Origin: Octopus vulgaris
Taxonomy: Eukaryota
NCBI GenBank assembly: GCA_951406725.2
Contig: OX597836.1
Location: forward strand, 13,702,001 to 13,766,000
DNA: 64,000 bases
Direction: 5' to 3'
The position numbers were made by a program, and so were the translations under genes. Below the pieces are notes generated by a model that saw nothing but the letters and a program-made list of their open reading frames with translations, did no database searches and was not told the DNA's origin. This document shows positions 63,891 to 64,000 of this stretch, one piece after another. How positions within the stretch are numbered: the first letter of the stretch is position 1; every line of letters begins with the position of its first letter.

Positions 63891-64000
63891 AAAATGGGTG
63901 AATGGATGGAATATTGGAACAAGGTCATAAATTTATGTATAGATTGATTTGAGATGACCTAGTAGATGGACAGTACTTATTTCATTGAAGCCCCAGAAGC

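Overview
This is AT-rich, microsatellite-dense eukaryotic DNA. Its SINE and LINE repertoire looks like a cephalopod, most likely Octopus (inferred from recalled repeat families, not verified). I reconstructed two intron-rich protein-coding genes on the + strand by hand, all with GT-AG introns in consistent phase. (1) FAF2/UBXD8: 13 coding exons at 4525-18781, about 430 aa; the first coding exon was not found and probably lies upstream of the window. (2) An armadillo-repeat protein of about 598 aa (14 exons, 33944-56541) that follows fungal Vac8 along its whole length, including a CGCC cysteine cluster. Introns and intergenic DNA are filled with tRNA-derived SINEs, RTE/CR1/L1-like LINE remnants, mariner remnants, piggyBac- and Mutator-type MITEs, a Helitron, and micro/minisatellites. 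The most notable non-coding signals are five loci carrying hammerhead-ribozyme motifs (CTGANGA-stem-GAAAC-GTH) in inverted or tandem Penelope-like repeats, and an array of five 24-nt hairpins downstream of FAF2. Almost all ORFs in the supplied track are repeat artefacts. Homologue comparisons are from memory; no searches were run.
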